64,000 bases of DNA, from assembly GCA_034520665.1 (NCBI GenBank), contig JAXHNJ010000002.1, forward strand, positions 352,660 to 416,659. Direction: 5' to 3'. The stretch is from Patescibacteria group bacterium (lineage in GTDB: Bacteria; Patescibacteriota; Patescibacteriia; JAXHNJ01). The notes under the pieces are model-generated. The model worked only from the letters and a program-made list of their open reading frames with translations, had not been told where the DNA came from and ran no database searches. The translations under genes were made by a program, and so were the position numbers. Positions 18,709-28,137 of this stretch are shown here, one piece after another (position 1 is the stretch's first letter; each line of letters begins with the position of its first letter).

Positions 18709-19386
18709 TTATATCACTTGATTTTTACTTATCTTTTTATATTTACCTAGGTCAAGATCATCAATTTCTAACTTACCAATTCTTACTCTACTTAATTCAT
18801 CAGTCTTATAACCAATTTCCTCAAACATACGCCGGATTTGTCTTTTCCAGCCCTGATGGATAATAATTTTGTATTTTTTATCATCAATTTTTTTAATTTT
18901 ATCAAACCTAGCCAAACCTTCCTCTAATTTAACACCTTTTTTCAATTTTAATAAATTTTCTGAAGATAATTTATCACTTAATTCAACTTGATACTCTTTT
19001 TCGTGTTTAAACTTGGGATGAGTCAGCCTGTAAATAAAGTCTCCGTCATTGGATAAAATTAAAAGACCTTCGGAATTTTTATCCAGCCGTCCGGCTATTT
19101 TTAAATGATGATATTTTTCGGGCAAAAGTTTATAAACTGATTTTTCTCCTTTAAAATCAGCTCGGGTGCAAACATAAGCCCGGGGCTTATTCAAAGCCAG
19201 ATAAGCATACTCTTTTACCTGGCAAGGTTTATTATTGACTAAAACCTCATCTTTTTCCGGATTAATTTTTATTCCCAACTCTTTAACCACTTGGCTATTT
19301 ATTTTAACCCGGCCTTGTTTTATTATTTGGTCAGCTTTTCGCCTGGAAGCCACTCCACATAATGATAAATATTTATTCAGTCTCAT
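18709..19386 (-). CDS. rRNA pseudouridine synthase, RsuA/RluB family
   Basis: N-terminal S4 domain (MRLNKYLSLCGVASRRKADQII) and catalytic motif AGRLDKNSEGLLILSNDG. Confidence 0.85.
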   Translation of the reverse strand: MRLNKYLSLCGVASRRKADQIIKQGRVKINSQVVKELGIKINPEKDEVLVNNKPCQVKEYAYLALNKPRAYVCTRADFKGEKSVYKLLPEKYHHLKIAGRLDKNSEGLLILSNDGDFIYRLTHPKFKHEKEYQVELSDKLSSENLLKLKKGVKLEEGLARFDKIKKIDDKKYKIIIHQGWKRQIRRMFEEIGYKTDELSRVRIGKLEIDDLDLGKYKKISKNQVI

Positions 19387-19404
19387 ATTTTTAGTATAAC
19401 ATAC

Positions 19405-21675
19405 TCAAGAATCTAATTTTCTAGCTTTAAACCATTTAATCAATAAGGTGCCCCCGGTAATAATTACGCCAGCTAAACAAACCCACAAATATTTATAAAT
19501 ATTACTTTTATTATCCTCTCCTTCAATCATAATTTCTTTTTCGCTAGTAGCCCCTAAAACTTCACCTTCTTCATCTTCAGCTGCTTCTGATATTTTTTCT
19601 TCCCCTAGAACCCGGGCTTCATCTAACACTCTTATATCACTGTTTACTCTTGGCAATAATCTAAACCCCAAATCATTATCATAAGAAATTAAAATACCTA
19701 AAACTTCTACTTGGCTGCCTTCTTTATAATCATGGCCATTTATATTAGTGCCTCTTTTATAATAAATTTCAATTTCTTCTGTTTCTTCACTTAAAAGCAT
19801 TTTTGTTTTTGAGTTTTCTAAAACACTGCCATTAACTATAACCAAACTGCCGAAATAAGTTTCATCAATTTCTCCTAAACTTAACCTGATCGCTTCCGGA
19901 AAAATATCTTGATCGCTCAATATCTTAACATCCTCCTCACTGCCAATATTAATTTTCTTTTCCCCGCTACTCTCTGAAATCTTGCCGGTTATTTTTACAT
20001 AATCACCAATTTTCAAGTCCGGAAAATCTTTTTTATATGAATATATTTTAATACCGTTTTGCCCATCAAAAAGATAAAAGTACTGAACCCCAAAAACAGC
20101 CGGTTCCACCGCTACAAAACCTTTGACTATTACTTCCTGGCCTTTTTCTAATTCTTTAGCCCGATTGATTGATACTTCGGATATTTTTGCTGCTTCTGAT
20201 ACTTCTAACTCCTTTACCTCTGCTTCATCCTTTATCCCTAAGACTTTCTCTGAATTTTCCACCTCCTCTAAATCCTCTGTTTCTCTTTTCTTTTTTACAT
20301 CTCCTAAAATCTCATTTTCACTGCCCGGGCTGACCAAAGAAGTCCAAGCCCAACTATTAGTGCCGGCTTTTCTGGCAAAAGAAGAGCCTTTTATTGCTTC
20401 GGGATATTCTACTCCATTAACCACTTTTTGCTTGGGGTCTAAAAGTTGTAAGGTCATACCTGAATTTTTTAGATATATCTTTGTTTGCTGATAACCAAGA
20501 ACTAGAAAGCTTTCTGTTTCTATTAAAGTATCTTTTTCAAAAGTAAAGTATTTTTTACCATTATAAATCTGCCAGCCTCTTAGATTAACCGGTTGATTGT
20601 CTTTATTGATTAATTCAATAAATTCGTTTTCCAGATCACTGCCTTCAGGATTAGGAAAAACTTCATTAATTAAAATTTTATCAGAAAAATCATACTCGAT
20701 ATTTTTGGCTTTATCTTCAGTATTTTCATCTTCTAAATCTAAATTTTCATTTTCTTCCTCCTGATTATCTTCCTCTTCATTTACTTCATCAAAAACAAAC
20801 TCTTCCTCCTCTTCTTCTTTTTCTTTAACTACTACACTTAAGCTGGCAGTGACTTTATTATAACCGTCACTAATGGTTAAAGTAACACCATAATCACCAA
20901 CTGTCTGAAAAACATGATGCGGAGTAATGCCTTCTCCCTGCTGGCCATCTCCAAAATCCCAGGAAAAGCTTAATTCATCCTCTTCCGGGTCAAAAGAGTC
21001 AGAAGCGTCGAAATAAACTTTTTCACCGACTAATACTTCCCTATCTTCTCCGGCCTCAATCACCGGCGGCTGGTTTGAATTTTCCTGACCCGGGGTACCA
21101 AATTCTTGGTCAGTTTTAAAGCCTGTTTTCTGGCTGGCAATATGCCAGGAACTTTCTAAACTTCCCTCTTCAATTTTTGTGTTTCTTTCCATTGACTGCC
21201 AGACCTCACCGGAAGAATATTCGCCTGATAAAGGCTGCCCTGAACCATCATCAGCTGTGTCAATTAAATTTCCCTTATCATCATAAAGTTTTATCTCAAG
21301 CTGGCTGTTGGACAAAGAGACTGACGTATCCACCAAATTGCTTTCTACATTTAGAGCTGACTTTTCTGATTCTGATGAATAATTAGAAATAATATAAAAA
21401 TTATCTAACACTTCACCTTCTGGAATCTCTAGCATTAATTTTTCTTCCCCGGAAGATTTCTTGCTTAAATACCAGTTTGATAAATCAACCCGGGAATCAG
21501 ATAAATTTTTCAGCTCCAACCATTCATCATAAGAAGAAATACTTGACCCCATCCACATCAATTCGTTAATAACTACCATGGGCCTTTCATAAGACTGGAC
21601 TTTTTTAGCTTTAATAAAAAGACCATTACTCACTAATAAAATAATGAGTAAACTAATAATAATTTTTTTAGTCAT
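19405..21675 (-). CDS. Cell-surface protein with LTD - PKD - LTD - OB-fold architecture and C-terminal TM anchor
   Basis: Signal peptide. LTD-like VVINELMWMGSS...DEWLELKN. PKD-like SFSWDFGDGQQG...GDYGVTLTISDG. Second LTD ILINEVFPNPEGSDLENEFIELIN. OB-fold-like KGFVAVEPAVFGVQYFYLFDGQNGIKIY. C-terminal TM plus basic tail. Confidence 0.6.
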   Translation of the reverse strand: MTKKIIISLLIILLVSNGLFIKAKKVQSYERPMVVINELMWMGSSISSYDEWLELKNLSDSRVDLSNWYLSKKSSGEEKLMLEIPEGEVLDNFYIISNYSSESEKSALNVESNLVDTSVSLSNSQLEIKLYDDKGNLIDTADDGSGQPLSGEYSSGEVWQSMERNTKIEEGSLESSWHIASQKTGFKTDQEFGTPGQENSNQPPVIEAGEDREVLVGEKVYFDASDSFDPEEDELSFSWDFGDGQQGEGITPHHVFQTVGDYGVTLTISDGYNKVTASLSVVVKEKEEEEEEFVFDEVNEEEDNQEEENENLDLEDENTEDKAKNIEYDFSDKILINEVFPNPEGSDLENEFIELINKDNQPVNLRGWQIYNGKKYFTFEKDTLIETESFLVLGYQQTKIYLKNSGMTLQLLDPKQKVVNGVEYPEAIKGSSFARKAGTNSWAWTSLVSPGSENEILGDVKKKRETEDLEEVENSEKVLGIKDEAEVKELEVSEAAKISEVSINRAKELEKGQEVIVKGFVAVEPAVFGVQYFYLFDGQNGIKIYSYKKDFPDLKIGDYVKITGKISESSGEKKINIGSEEDVKILSDQDIFPEAIRLSLGEIDETYFGSLVIVNGSVLENSKTKMLLSEETEEIEIYYKRGTNINGHDYKEGSQVEVLGILISYDNDLGFRLLPRVNSDIRVLDEARVLGEEKISEAAEDEEGEVLGATSEKEIMIEGEDNKSNIYKYLWVCLAGVIITGGTLLIKWFKARKLDS

Positions 21676-21740
21676 TAGTTTAATCCTCGTTAAGCCACCG
21701 TATTTATTTTTTAGTTGTGGTTATTGCAGCTAGTAAGGTT

Positions 21741-22148
21741 TTAGGTTTTAGTTTTTGTAATTCTTTTATTATTAAAATTATCCCAAGCCTTGGCCAAGGT
21801 AAATGTTTGCCGAGCAATTTTATCATATTCTTCGATTAAATTATTACATAAATTTTTATCAAAATTATAAAAATCTTTAAGCTGTGATAAGCCAACAATA
21901 GTCTCATTAATTTCAGCTAAGGCATCATCAAGATATTTCTGAAAACCGGCCTTTTGGTGTTTTTTAGCATAACCTTCGGCAATAAGACGTGGTATAGCTT
22001 TACAAGATCTTCTTAACTGAGATGACAAATCATTTCTCTCTATCGAAGGAATTAATGGCAATATTTTATCAAATACAATAACACAAGTTTTATAACTTGA
22101 TCTATAAATTTCTAAATCATTGAAACTTTTTATTTTTCTATAAACCAT
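21741..22148 (-). CDS. Four-helix-bundle protein (23S rRNA intervening-sequence protein family)
   Basis: ...DLEIYRSSYKTCVIVFD...LSSQLRRSCKAIPRLIAEGYAKKHQKAGFQKYLDDALAEINET matches the family pattern. The ORF-track start at 22190 is probably an N-terminal extension; the internal ATG is at 22148. Confidence 0.65.
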   Translation of the reverse strand: MVYRKIKSFNDLEIYRSSYKTCVIVFDKILPLIPSIERNDLSSQLRRSCKAIPRLIAEGYAKKHQKAGFQKYLDDALAEINETIVGLSQLKDFYNFDKNLCNNLIEEYDKIARQTFTLAKAWDNFNNKRITKTKT

Positions 22149-22348
22149 AACTACAACCTTACTAGCCGCCATAACTAAAACTAAATTCAATAAAAAAATT
22201 TGGTGACTCCTTTAGCGGAGCCACCAAAATCTGTCTACAAGTATAGAATATATTTTTCGGCTAAATATGTCAAGTTGTAAATCCACAAATTATCAACTTC
22301 TATTATAGTATGACCTTAAGCTCCGTCAAAGGACACAAGTTTTGCCCT

Positions 22349-22378
22349 TATAAAAAAGGGGCTCGTTTGAGCCCCATG
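22349..22378 (-). terminator. Rho-independent terminator of prs (minus strand: GGGGCUC-AAAC-GAGCCCC + U run)
   Basis: GC-rich 7-bp stem followed by TTTTTT on the minus strand, immediately after the prs stop. Confidence 0.55.
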
Positions 22379-22382
22379 GGAA

Positions 22383-23417
22383 TTACCATTTTAAATTGGC
22401 CTTCATGGCCTTCAGGCTATCAAGATAACCTTCAAGCTCAAAAAGCTTAGTAATGCTTTTATCATGGTGGAGGTGCCAGATAGCTAAAGCTAAAAGCCTA
22501 GAGATAGAAATAACTTCCAGTTTTTCTCCCAGTATTTCCCTGGCTTCCTCAAAAATTGGCAGAGAATCGGTGGTAATAATCTTTTCTATAGGACTATCAG
22601 CTAAGCTTCGGCAGACATCCAGATTAGCTAGCACTGGATGGATAAGAATAGCATTAATGCTCTTAGCATTTTTACTCTTGGCTGCCTCAGCCGCTCTGAT
22701 TATAGTAGCCCCACTTGAAGTCATATCATCAATAAAATAAATGGGCCGATCCTTAAAATCACCAATTAGACTTATCTTGTCTATTCCTTCATCGCTTGAT
22801 CCAGTTTTATGACCAATACCAAATCTAATATCATCCATTACTTCATTCAATCTTTTGTAAAAAGATTCTACTAGTTTGGCTCCGCCGGCATCAGTAGAAG
22901 AAAGAGTGATTTTATTCAGCTTATTTTCAATTATCCAGTCCAAAATAACTGGGCGGGCGTTAAGGTGGTCTACCTTAATTTTATTATCAGCCATTTCTGT
23001 CACAGTAGTAATAACCGGATTGTGAAGATTAAGAAAAACTATACGGTCACAACCTGTACCCACTAAATTTCTAATCTTCACTTTCATAGAAATCGGCACT
23101 CTTGATTCTCCACGCCTGTCCTGACGAGCATAGCCGAAATAAGGAATTACGGCCGTTACTCTTTCCGCTGATCTTTCCACCGCGTCAATAAGAAGTTCTA
23201 CTTCCGTTTGATTCCGATCGGGCTGATTAGTTGGTTGGATAATAAAAACATCCATGCCCCGGGTATTACCCAAATCAACAATTTTGGCTTCGCCATCAAG
23301 AAACCTACCAACTTCTCCTGATAATAAGTCCTTATGAAGACAAGCGGCGATTTCATGAGCCAAATCACGATGAGCATTACCGGTTAAAAGAGCTAGATTG
23401 TTTGTATTTTTATCCAT
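22383..23417 (-). CDS. prs: Ribose-phosphate pyrophosphokinase (PRPP synthetase)
   Basis: N-terminal and C-terminal PRTase-type domains. PRPP-binding loop FIDDMTSSGATI. Confidence 0.8.
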   Translation of the reverse strand: MDKNTNNLALLTGNAHRDLAHEIAACLHKDLLSGEVGRFLDGEAKIVDLGNTRGMDVFIIQPTNQPDRNQTEVELLIDAVERSAERVTAVIPYFGYARQDRRGESRVPISMKVKIRNLVGTGCDRIVFLNLHNPVITTVTEMADNKIKVDHLNARPVILDWIIENKLNKITLSSTDAGGAKLVESFYKRLNEVMDDIRFGIGHKTGSSDEGIDKISLIGDFKDRPIYFIDDMTSSGATIIRAAEAAKSKNAKSINAILIHPVLANLDVCRSLADSPIEKIITTDSLPIFEEAREILGEKLEVISISRLLALAIWHLHHDKSITKLFELEGYLDSLKAMKANLKW

Positions 23418-23517
23418 CTCCTTCTCCTCTCGCCAAAAATTTAAAAGAAATTAAAGGTACGTTCATAATTAGCTTTTTATCTTATCAAGACTAATAAATC
23501 TGTCAAATTAATAATAA

Positions 23518-24315
23518 CTATTTTTTTCTTTCTTTGTCTGATTTTTTAATATATTTATCCAAGCCTTTGGAAATTTTAGCTAGATTAAACCCGATAACTT
23601 GAAAAAGTTTTCTGTTAGTTGGTTCTTTTTTTGGCTCTGGGTGATTCAATTTTTGCCAAATTTTTTCGTTAAATTCATTAAGACTATTTAATTTAAATTC
23701 TGCCAGAGAAAAAACCTTATCATCTCTATCTTCAGAAGCCGGTACGGCTACTACCTTAATCCTGGCCGCCCGAGCTGCGATTAGACCGTTTTCTGAATCT
23801 TCAAAACAAAAACAATTAACCGAATCAACTTCTAATTCTTTTAAAGTTTTTAAATAAATTTCCGGATGAGGTTTGCCATAATTATCTTCTTCTGATGAAT
23901 GAATAACCTGGAAATATTTTTTAAGACCAAACTTTTCTAACACAGCCATGACTACTTTTTTATAGGAAGAAGAAGCCAAAGCTATTTTTAGTTCTTTTTT
24001 TTCCAAAAAATCCAATATCTTTCTTGCTCCTTTTTTTAATTCTCCTTTTTGTCTTATTCTTTCTACCACTTTATTAACTATTTCTTCTTCAGCTTTTTTT
24101 AGAGAAATATTTTTCAAGGGTATAACCTTATGCCAGGAACTAATTACTTCGTCAACCCGTCCGCCTTTAAGTTCCTGCCATAGTTTTTCTTTAAACTGCG
24201 ATCCATTTTTTTTAACTACCTCTTTTAAGCCTTCCTTCCAAAAAGGCATTGAATTAATTAAGACCCCGTCCATGTCAAATATCACGGCTTTAATTAAATT
24301 TTTTTCTTCAGTCAT
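23518..24315 (-). CDS. HAD-superfamily hydrolase (beta-phosphoglucomutase-like)
   Basis: Motif I VIFDMDGVLINS. HAD motifs II-IV present. Confidence 0.75.
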   Translation of the reverse strand: MTEEKNLIKAVIFDMDGVLINSMPFWKEGLKEVVKKNGSQFKEKLWQELKGGRVDEVISSWHKVIPLKNISLKKAEEEIVNKVVERIRQKGELKKGARKILDFLEKKELKIALASSSYKKVVMAVLEKFGLKKYFQVIHSSEEDNYGKPHPEIYLKTLKELEVDSVNCFCFEDSENGLIAARAARIKVVAVPASEDRDDKVFSLAEFKLNSLNEFNEKIWQKLNHPEPKKEPTNRKLFQVIGFNLAKISKGLDKYIKKSDKERKK

Positions 24316-24405
24316 AATATATTTTAAATTAATTATTTTTGGTGTTTAGAACAATAGTAAGTGCCTCGCCCGTTAACTTTTTTAATTCTCAAGATATGAT
24401 TTTCC

Positions 24406-25161
24406 TCATCTAACTTTATTCGAATATTTAATCATCTGTTTGGCATTTTTAGGAGCGTATCCTTTTTCGTCATTATCAAAATAACAATAGATTTCTTTTA
24501 CCCTTTTTTCTTTTTTAATCTTTTTAAAATAACTTGCCCAAGCCCTTAAACTATTTCCATGATAATTACCCTGATAAGGCTTATCACTGGGACCGTGTAA
24601 ACGAATGTAAGCAAAATCAGCTGTTATTTTTCGCGGCGTTTTAATACCGGCCAGCTGATAAAGGCAGAAGGCAATATTATTTTTCTTAAGCAAATTATAG
24701 ACATCATCACGCCACCAGGACTGATCCCGAAATTCTATGGCAATTTGTTTTTTCTTCGGCAGTAAATTAACAAAGTTATTTAATCTTTCAATATTCTTAT
24801 ACCAATTAGGCGGCAGCTGAAAAAGGATTGGCCCGAGATTATTATTCAAAAGATTTACTCGTGAAAAAAAGCGTTTTAGACTTTCTTTGGGATTTTTTAG
24901 CTTTTTCATGTGGGTGATATACCGGCTGGCTTTGACTGAAAAGATAAATTCTTTTGGCACTTTTTTTCTCCAGCTTTTTATTACTTTTTTTGAAGGCAGG
25001 TTATAAAAGGTATTATTTACTTCTACTGTCTGGAAATGATCAGCATAATAATTCAAAAAATTATTAGTCTTAATTTTTTCTGGATACCAAGCTTTTTGCC
25101 AGTGTTTATAATTCCAACCAGAGGTACCAATATGAATTGTGTCTTTGCTATTCTTAGCCAT
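24406..25161 (-). CDS. DUF72 (YecE/UPF0759) family protein
   Basis: HIGTSGWNYKHWQKAWYPEKIK...NNTFYNLP is the characteristic DUF72 N-terminus. Confidence 0.85.
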   Translation of the reverse strand: MAKNSKDTIHIGTSGWNYKHWQKAWYPEKIKTNNFLNYYADHFQTVEVNNTFYNLPSKKVIKSWRKKVPKEFIFSVKASRYITHMKKLKNPKESLKRFFSRVNLLNNNLGPILFQLPPNWYKNIERLNNFVNLLPKKKQIAIEFRDQSWWRDDVYNLLKKNNIAFCLYQLAGIKTPRKITADFAYIRLHGPSDKPYQGNYHGNSLRAWASYFKKIKKEKRVKEIYCYFDNDEKGYAPKNAKQMIKYSNKVR

Positions 25162-25332
25162 TAAAAAATTTGTGGTTTATTTAATACACTTTCAGTATAA
25201 CATTTATAATTACTTAAACAATTTGATTATTTATAATTTATTTTATTCCCCTTATTATCCCAGCTGTTTTTAACCACCTTTCCGCCGTCTTAACTTTCTG
25301 CTAAAATAAATGAGTAAACTATTATCAATTAG

Positions 25333-26067
25333 ATGATTATTTTATATAGTATTCTTTGTTTTTTAGCTATAACTATTTTTCTTTTAGTTATTCTTTTATT
25401 TAAGCCGAGGAAAAATAAATTTATTTATGAAAAACAAATAGATAAAATACTTCTTAATAATAGCTTTAGTTCATTTAAGCCCGATGAAATGCATCTTCTT
25501 GAAAAAATAGAAAATAACACCGCTTTTTTCCGAATAACTAAACCGGGGCTCTATTCGGCTTATGAAAATAATGTCTACTCTCAATATTATATAGTTCCAA
25601 AATTATATAAAAACAATAAAAAAAATATTGGAATTAATGCTTTTTTTATCCGGAAAAAACCAAAAACCTGGTTCGAACAAAGATTCCCCCAAAGATCAAC
25701 CTTATTCTTTGAATTTTTATTAAATATTCAAATAAATGAAGAAATTATTATATTTAGAGAGTCTTTTAATACTAAGCTCATGAGAAAATTTTTTCCTGAT
25801 AGCCTTTTAGTTGAGGATGTAGACATTGAAAGTATGCTTTTTAACCATAAATATCAGGTATTCACCAATAATAAAAAAATTGCTTTTAAACTGCTTGATC
25901 CTCTAATTGTTGATTTTCTTAATAAAGAAAAATATGTTTCTTTAATTATAAAAGAGAATTCAATAATTTTTAAAATTTGGCCAAAAATTTCTGAAAAAAA
26001 ATTAAAGCAGTACTTGAATATTGGCGTAAAATTTGTTAAACATATAAAGAGTATCTATAAAAAATAA
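25333..26067 (+). CDS. Membrane-anchored hypothetical protein (244 aa)
   Basis: N-terminal TM. No recognised motif. Its last ~30 codons lie inside direct-repeat copy A. Confidence 0.45.
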   Translation: MIILYSILCFLAITIFLLVILLFKPRKNKFIYEKQIDKILLNNSFSSFKPDEMHLLEKIENNTAFFRITKPGLYSAYENNVYSQYYIVPKLYKNNKKNIGINAFFIRKKPKTWFEQRFPQRSTLFFEFLLNIQINEEIIIFRESFNTKLMRKFFPDSLLVEDVDIESMLFNHKYQVFTNNKKIAFKLLDPLIVDFLNKEKYVSLIIKENSIIFKIWPKISEKKLKQYLNIGVKFVKHIKSIYKK

Positions 26068-26093
26068 TAAATTTAGCCCAGGTGGCGGAACTG
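25965..26093. repeat. Direct repeat copy A (~129 bp): 3' end of ORF 25333..26067 plus the first 18 nt of tRNA-Leu
   Basis: About 95% identical to 28009..28137. Confidence 0.85.
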
Positions 26094-26162
26094 GTAGACG
26101 CGCTAGGTTTAGGACCTAGTGGGAGTAATCCCGTGGAGGTTCAAGTCCTCTCCTGGGCACCA
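26076..26162 (+). tRNA. tRNA-Leu (anticodon TAG), class II with long variable arm, CCA encoded
   Basis: Cloverleaf: acceptor GCCCAGG/CCTGGGC; anticodon stem CTAGG/CCTAG with loop TTTAGGA; T-arm GGTTCAAGTCC; 3' ACCA. Confidence 0.9.
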
Positions 26163-26186
26163 GTGCTAACATTTTTATCAAACTAT

Positions 26187-27512
26187 ATGACTAATATGAA
26201 ATATTTATTTACAAGTACTATTATTTGCCTTTTTTTATTAATCCCTTTGGCAGCTCATAGCACTGACGATTGTGAAAACGGTTATGAATATCAGCGTATG
26301 AGTGGAGTTGGTTGTGTTCAAATAAATTGTAACGACATCCCTAATGCTCATTATAGTTACACAAAAGATTGTATTTGTGGTTCCTCTGGCAGTATCCATG
26401 AAGACCCTTCCGACCCAAATACTGAGTGTTATAGAAAGCCCACTTATAAAGCTTGTCCAAGTTGCTTATACGCCTGTGTTCATGCTGGTGAAGAGTGCCC
26501 CGGAGAAGAAAGAGATAATTATGTTGAAGATAGTCAAACAAATACAAACACTAACATAAACAGCAACACTAGTAATCAAAATTCTAACACCAATCAAAGC
26601 GTAAATAATAATACTAATTCCAGCAATACAAATATTTCTGTCGCCGGCACTAATATATCTCTTTCCACTTCAGGAAATATTGATTACAACAGTTGTGAAT
26701 ATATCTGCAGTAAATTTACTCGAGGAAATAAATACGCTGTCGTAAATTTAGCTGAAGGAACTCCTCCAAACTGTAAATGTCAGATAGATATAAACGACAA
26801 ATTAAATCGTCTTAACCAAACCATAAGTGTCAACGGGGACAATGAGACCACATTAACATTTGACCCTAACACTGGTCGGTTAATTAAAAAAACAAAAATC
26901 AATAGAAAAGATGAAGTGGAAAAAATTAGAAAAAGATTAGGCTATAAGTACACGCAAGAACAAATAGATAAATTACTAGCCTCTAATAAAATTGATGAAT
27001 GGTTTAATCAACAGATAAAAAATATTAAAACTTCTACCAGCTTAAAAGATCCGCAGTTTTGGTGGCAACATATGGTCGCCATTTGGGATCATGGATTTGG
27101 TGGTAACAGCGCTGACTTTGTTGACACCTATGAATTCGGGCGTTGTGGTGATTCAATGCTTTGGTTGAACCGTAATCTTACTGCTCATTTGGATATAAAT
27201 GACAACAAAAATACTGCTGGACAAAAACACGAAGCCATCCTTTCAATTACTGGAGAAAAATACGGCAACCTATTAAATCATACCTCCACTCTTATTCGCC
27301 CACAGGGTATATCAAACGTCGCTTGGGAGGATTTAGTAAAAACCCTCCAAGATAAATCAGGAGGTGGAGACAAAAATCCCGGTATTAAAAGAAATGATCT
27401 AAAAAATATCGCCCCAGAAATAATGGATGCAAAAGTATTAGATCCATACAAAAAAGAAATAACCACCGTTAGAGAATTTATTAAGGGATGGTCTTATATA
27501 AGAATTGGTTAA
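26187..27512 (+). CDS. Secreted Cys-rich protein with Asn/Thr-rich low-complexity linker (441 aa)
   Basis: The ORF-track start at 26082 overlaps the tRNA. The internal ATG at 26187 precedes a signal peptide (MTNMKYLFTSTIICLFLLIPLAAHS). Eleven or more Cys in the first 120 mature residues, then NTNTNINSNTSNQNSNTNQ... low complexity, then a C-terminal domain of unknown function containing HGFGG...GRCGDS. Confidence 0.55.
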   Translation: MTNMKYLFTSTIICLFLLIPLAAHSTDDCENGYEYQRMSGVGCVQINCNDIPNAHYSYTKDCICGSSGSIHEDPSDPNTECYRKPTYKACPSCLYACVHAGEECPGEERDNYVEDSQTNTNTNINSNTSNQNSNTNQSVNNNTNSSNTNISVAGTNISLSTSGNIDYNSCEYICSKFTRGNKYAVVNLAEGTPPNCKCQIDINDKLNRLNQTISVNGDNETTLTFDPNTGRLIKKTKINRKDEVEKIRKRLGYKYTQEQIDKLLASNKIDEWFNQQIKNIKTSTSLKDPQFWWQHMVAIWDHGFGGNSADFVDTYEFGRCGDSMLWLNRNLTAHLDINDNKNTAGQKHEAILSITGEKYGNLLNHTSTLIRPQGISNVAWEDLVKTLQDKSGGGDKNPGIKRNDLKNIAPEIMDAKVLDPYKKEITTVREFIKGWSYIRIG

Positions 27513-28017
27513 TTATAAATATATGAAAAAAAGAAAAATAATTTTTTTGTCTATAATAGCAATAATTTTTTTGATCTTACTTTTTGGTTATTTTATTTTG
27601 CGTTGGATACCAAAAGATATTACAGAAGTAACCGAGATAAATTCCGAAGAACATTGGGGAACAATTACCGGCTCGCTGGGTTATCCAAGCGATATTATTC
27701 CTGACATGGGAGTTTGTGCCGAAAGCACTGACCAGAATGACTTATTTTGCACCTATGAAATAATTGAGAATGAAGATTTCACTTATGGATTAGGCTATGA
27801 AATAAAAGTGCCACCAGATTCATATTACGTTTTTGCTCATCTTATTGATGAAACTAACAAAAATATTGGGTATACAGATGAAGATAAAGCCTACTATTCA
27901 AAATTTGTAACCTGTGGCATGGGCCTAGAGTGTACTTCGCACAAACCAATTAAAGTAACTGTGGAAAGATATGAAACCGTTACCAGAATTGATCCAATAG
28001 ATTGGTATAATTTTTAA
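27505..28017 (+). CDS. Membrane-anchored hypothetical protein (170 aa)
   Basis: N-terminal TM. Overlaps the upstream stop by 8 nt, which suggests coupling. Confidence 0.45.
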   Translation: MVNYKYMKKRKIIFLSIIAIIFLILLFGYFILRWIPKDITEVTEINSEEHWGTITGSLGYPSDIIPDMGVCAESTDQNDLFCTYEIIENEDFTYGLGYEIKVPPDSYYVFAHLIDETNKNIGYTDEDKAYYSKFVTCGMGLECTSHKPIKVTVERYETVTRIDPIDWYNF

Positions 28018-28137
28018 AATTTGGCCAAAAATTTCTGAAAAATAATTAAAACAGTACTTGAATATTGGCGTAAAATTTGTTAAACATATACAGAGTATCT
28101 ATAAAAAATAATAAATTTAGCCCAGGTAGTGGAACTG
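28009..28137. repeat. Direct repeat copy B (~129 bp)
   Basis: Matches 25965..26093 with about 6 mismatches, including a frame-disrupting change in the copied ORF tail. Confidence 0.85.

Noticed and set aside
26082-26186. ORF-track start of the 476-aa ORF (MAELVDALGLGPS...)
   Set aside because: These first 35 codons are the tRNA-Leu(TAG) gene read in frame. The real start is the ATG at 26187, which precedes a signal peptide.
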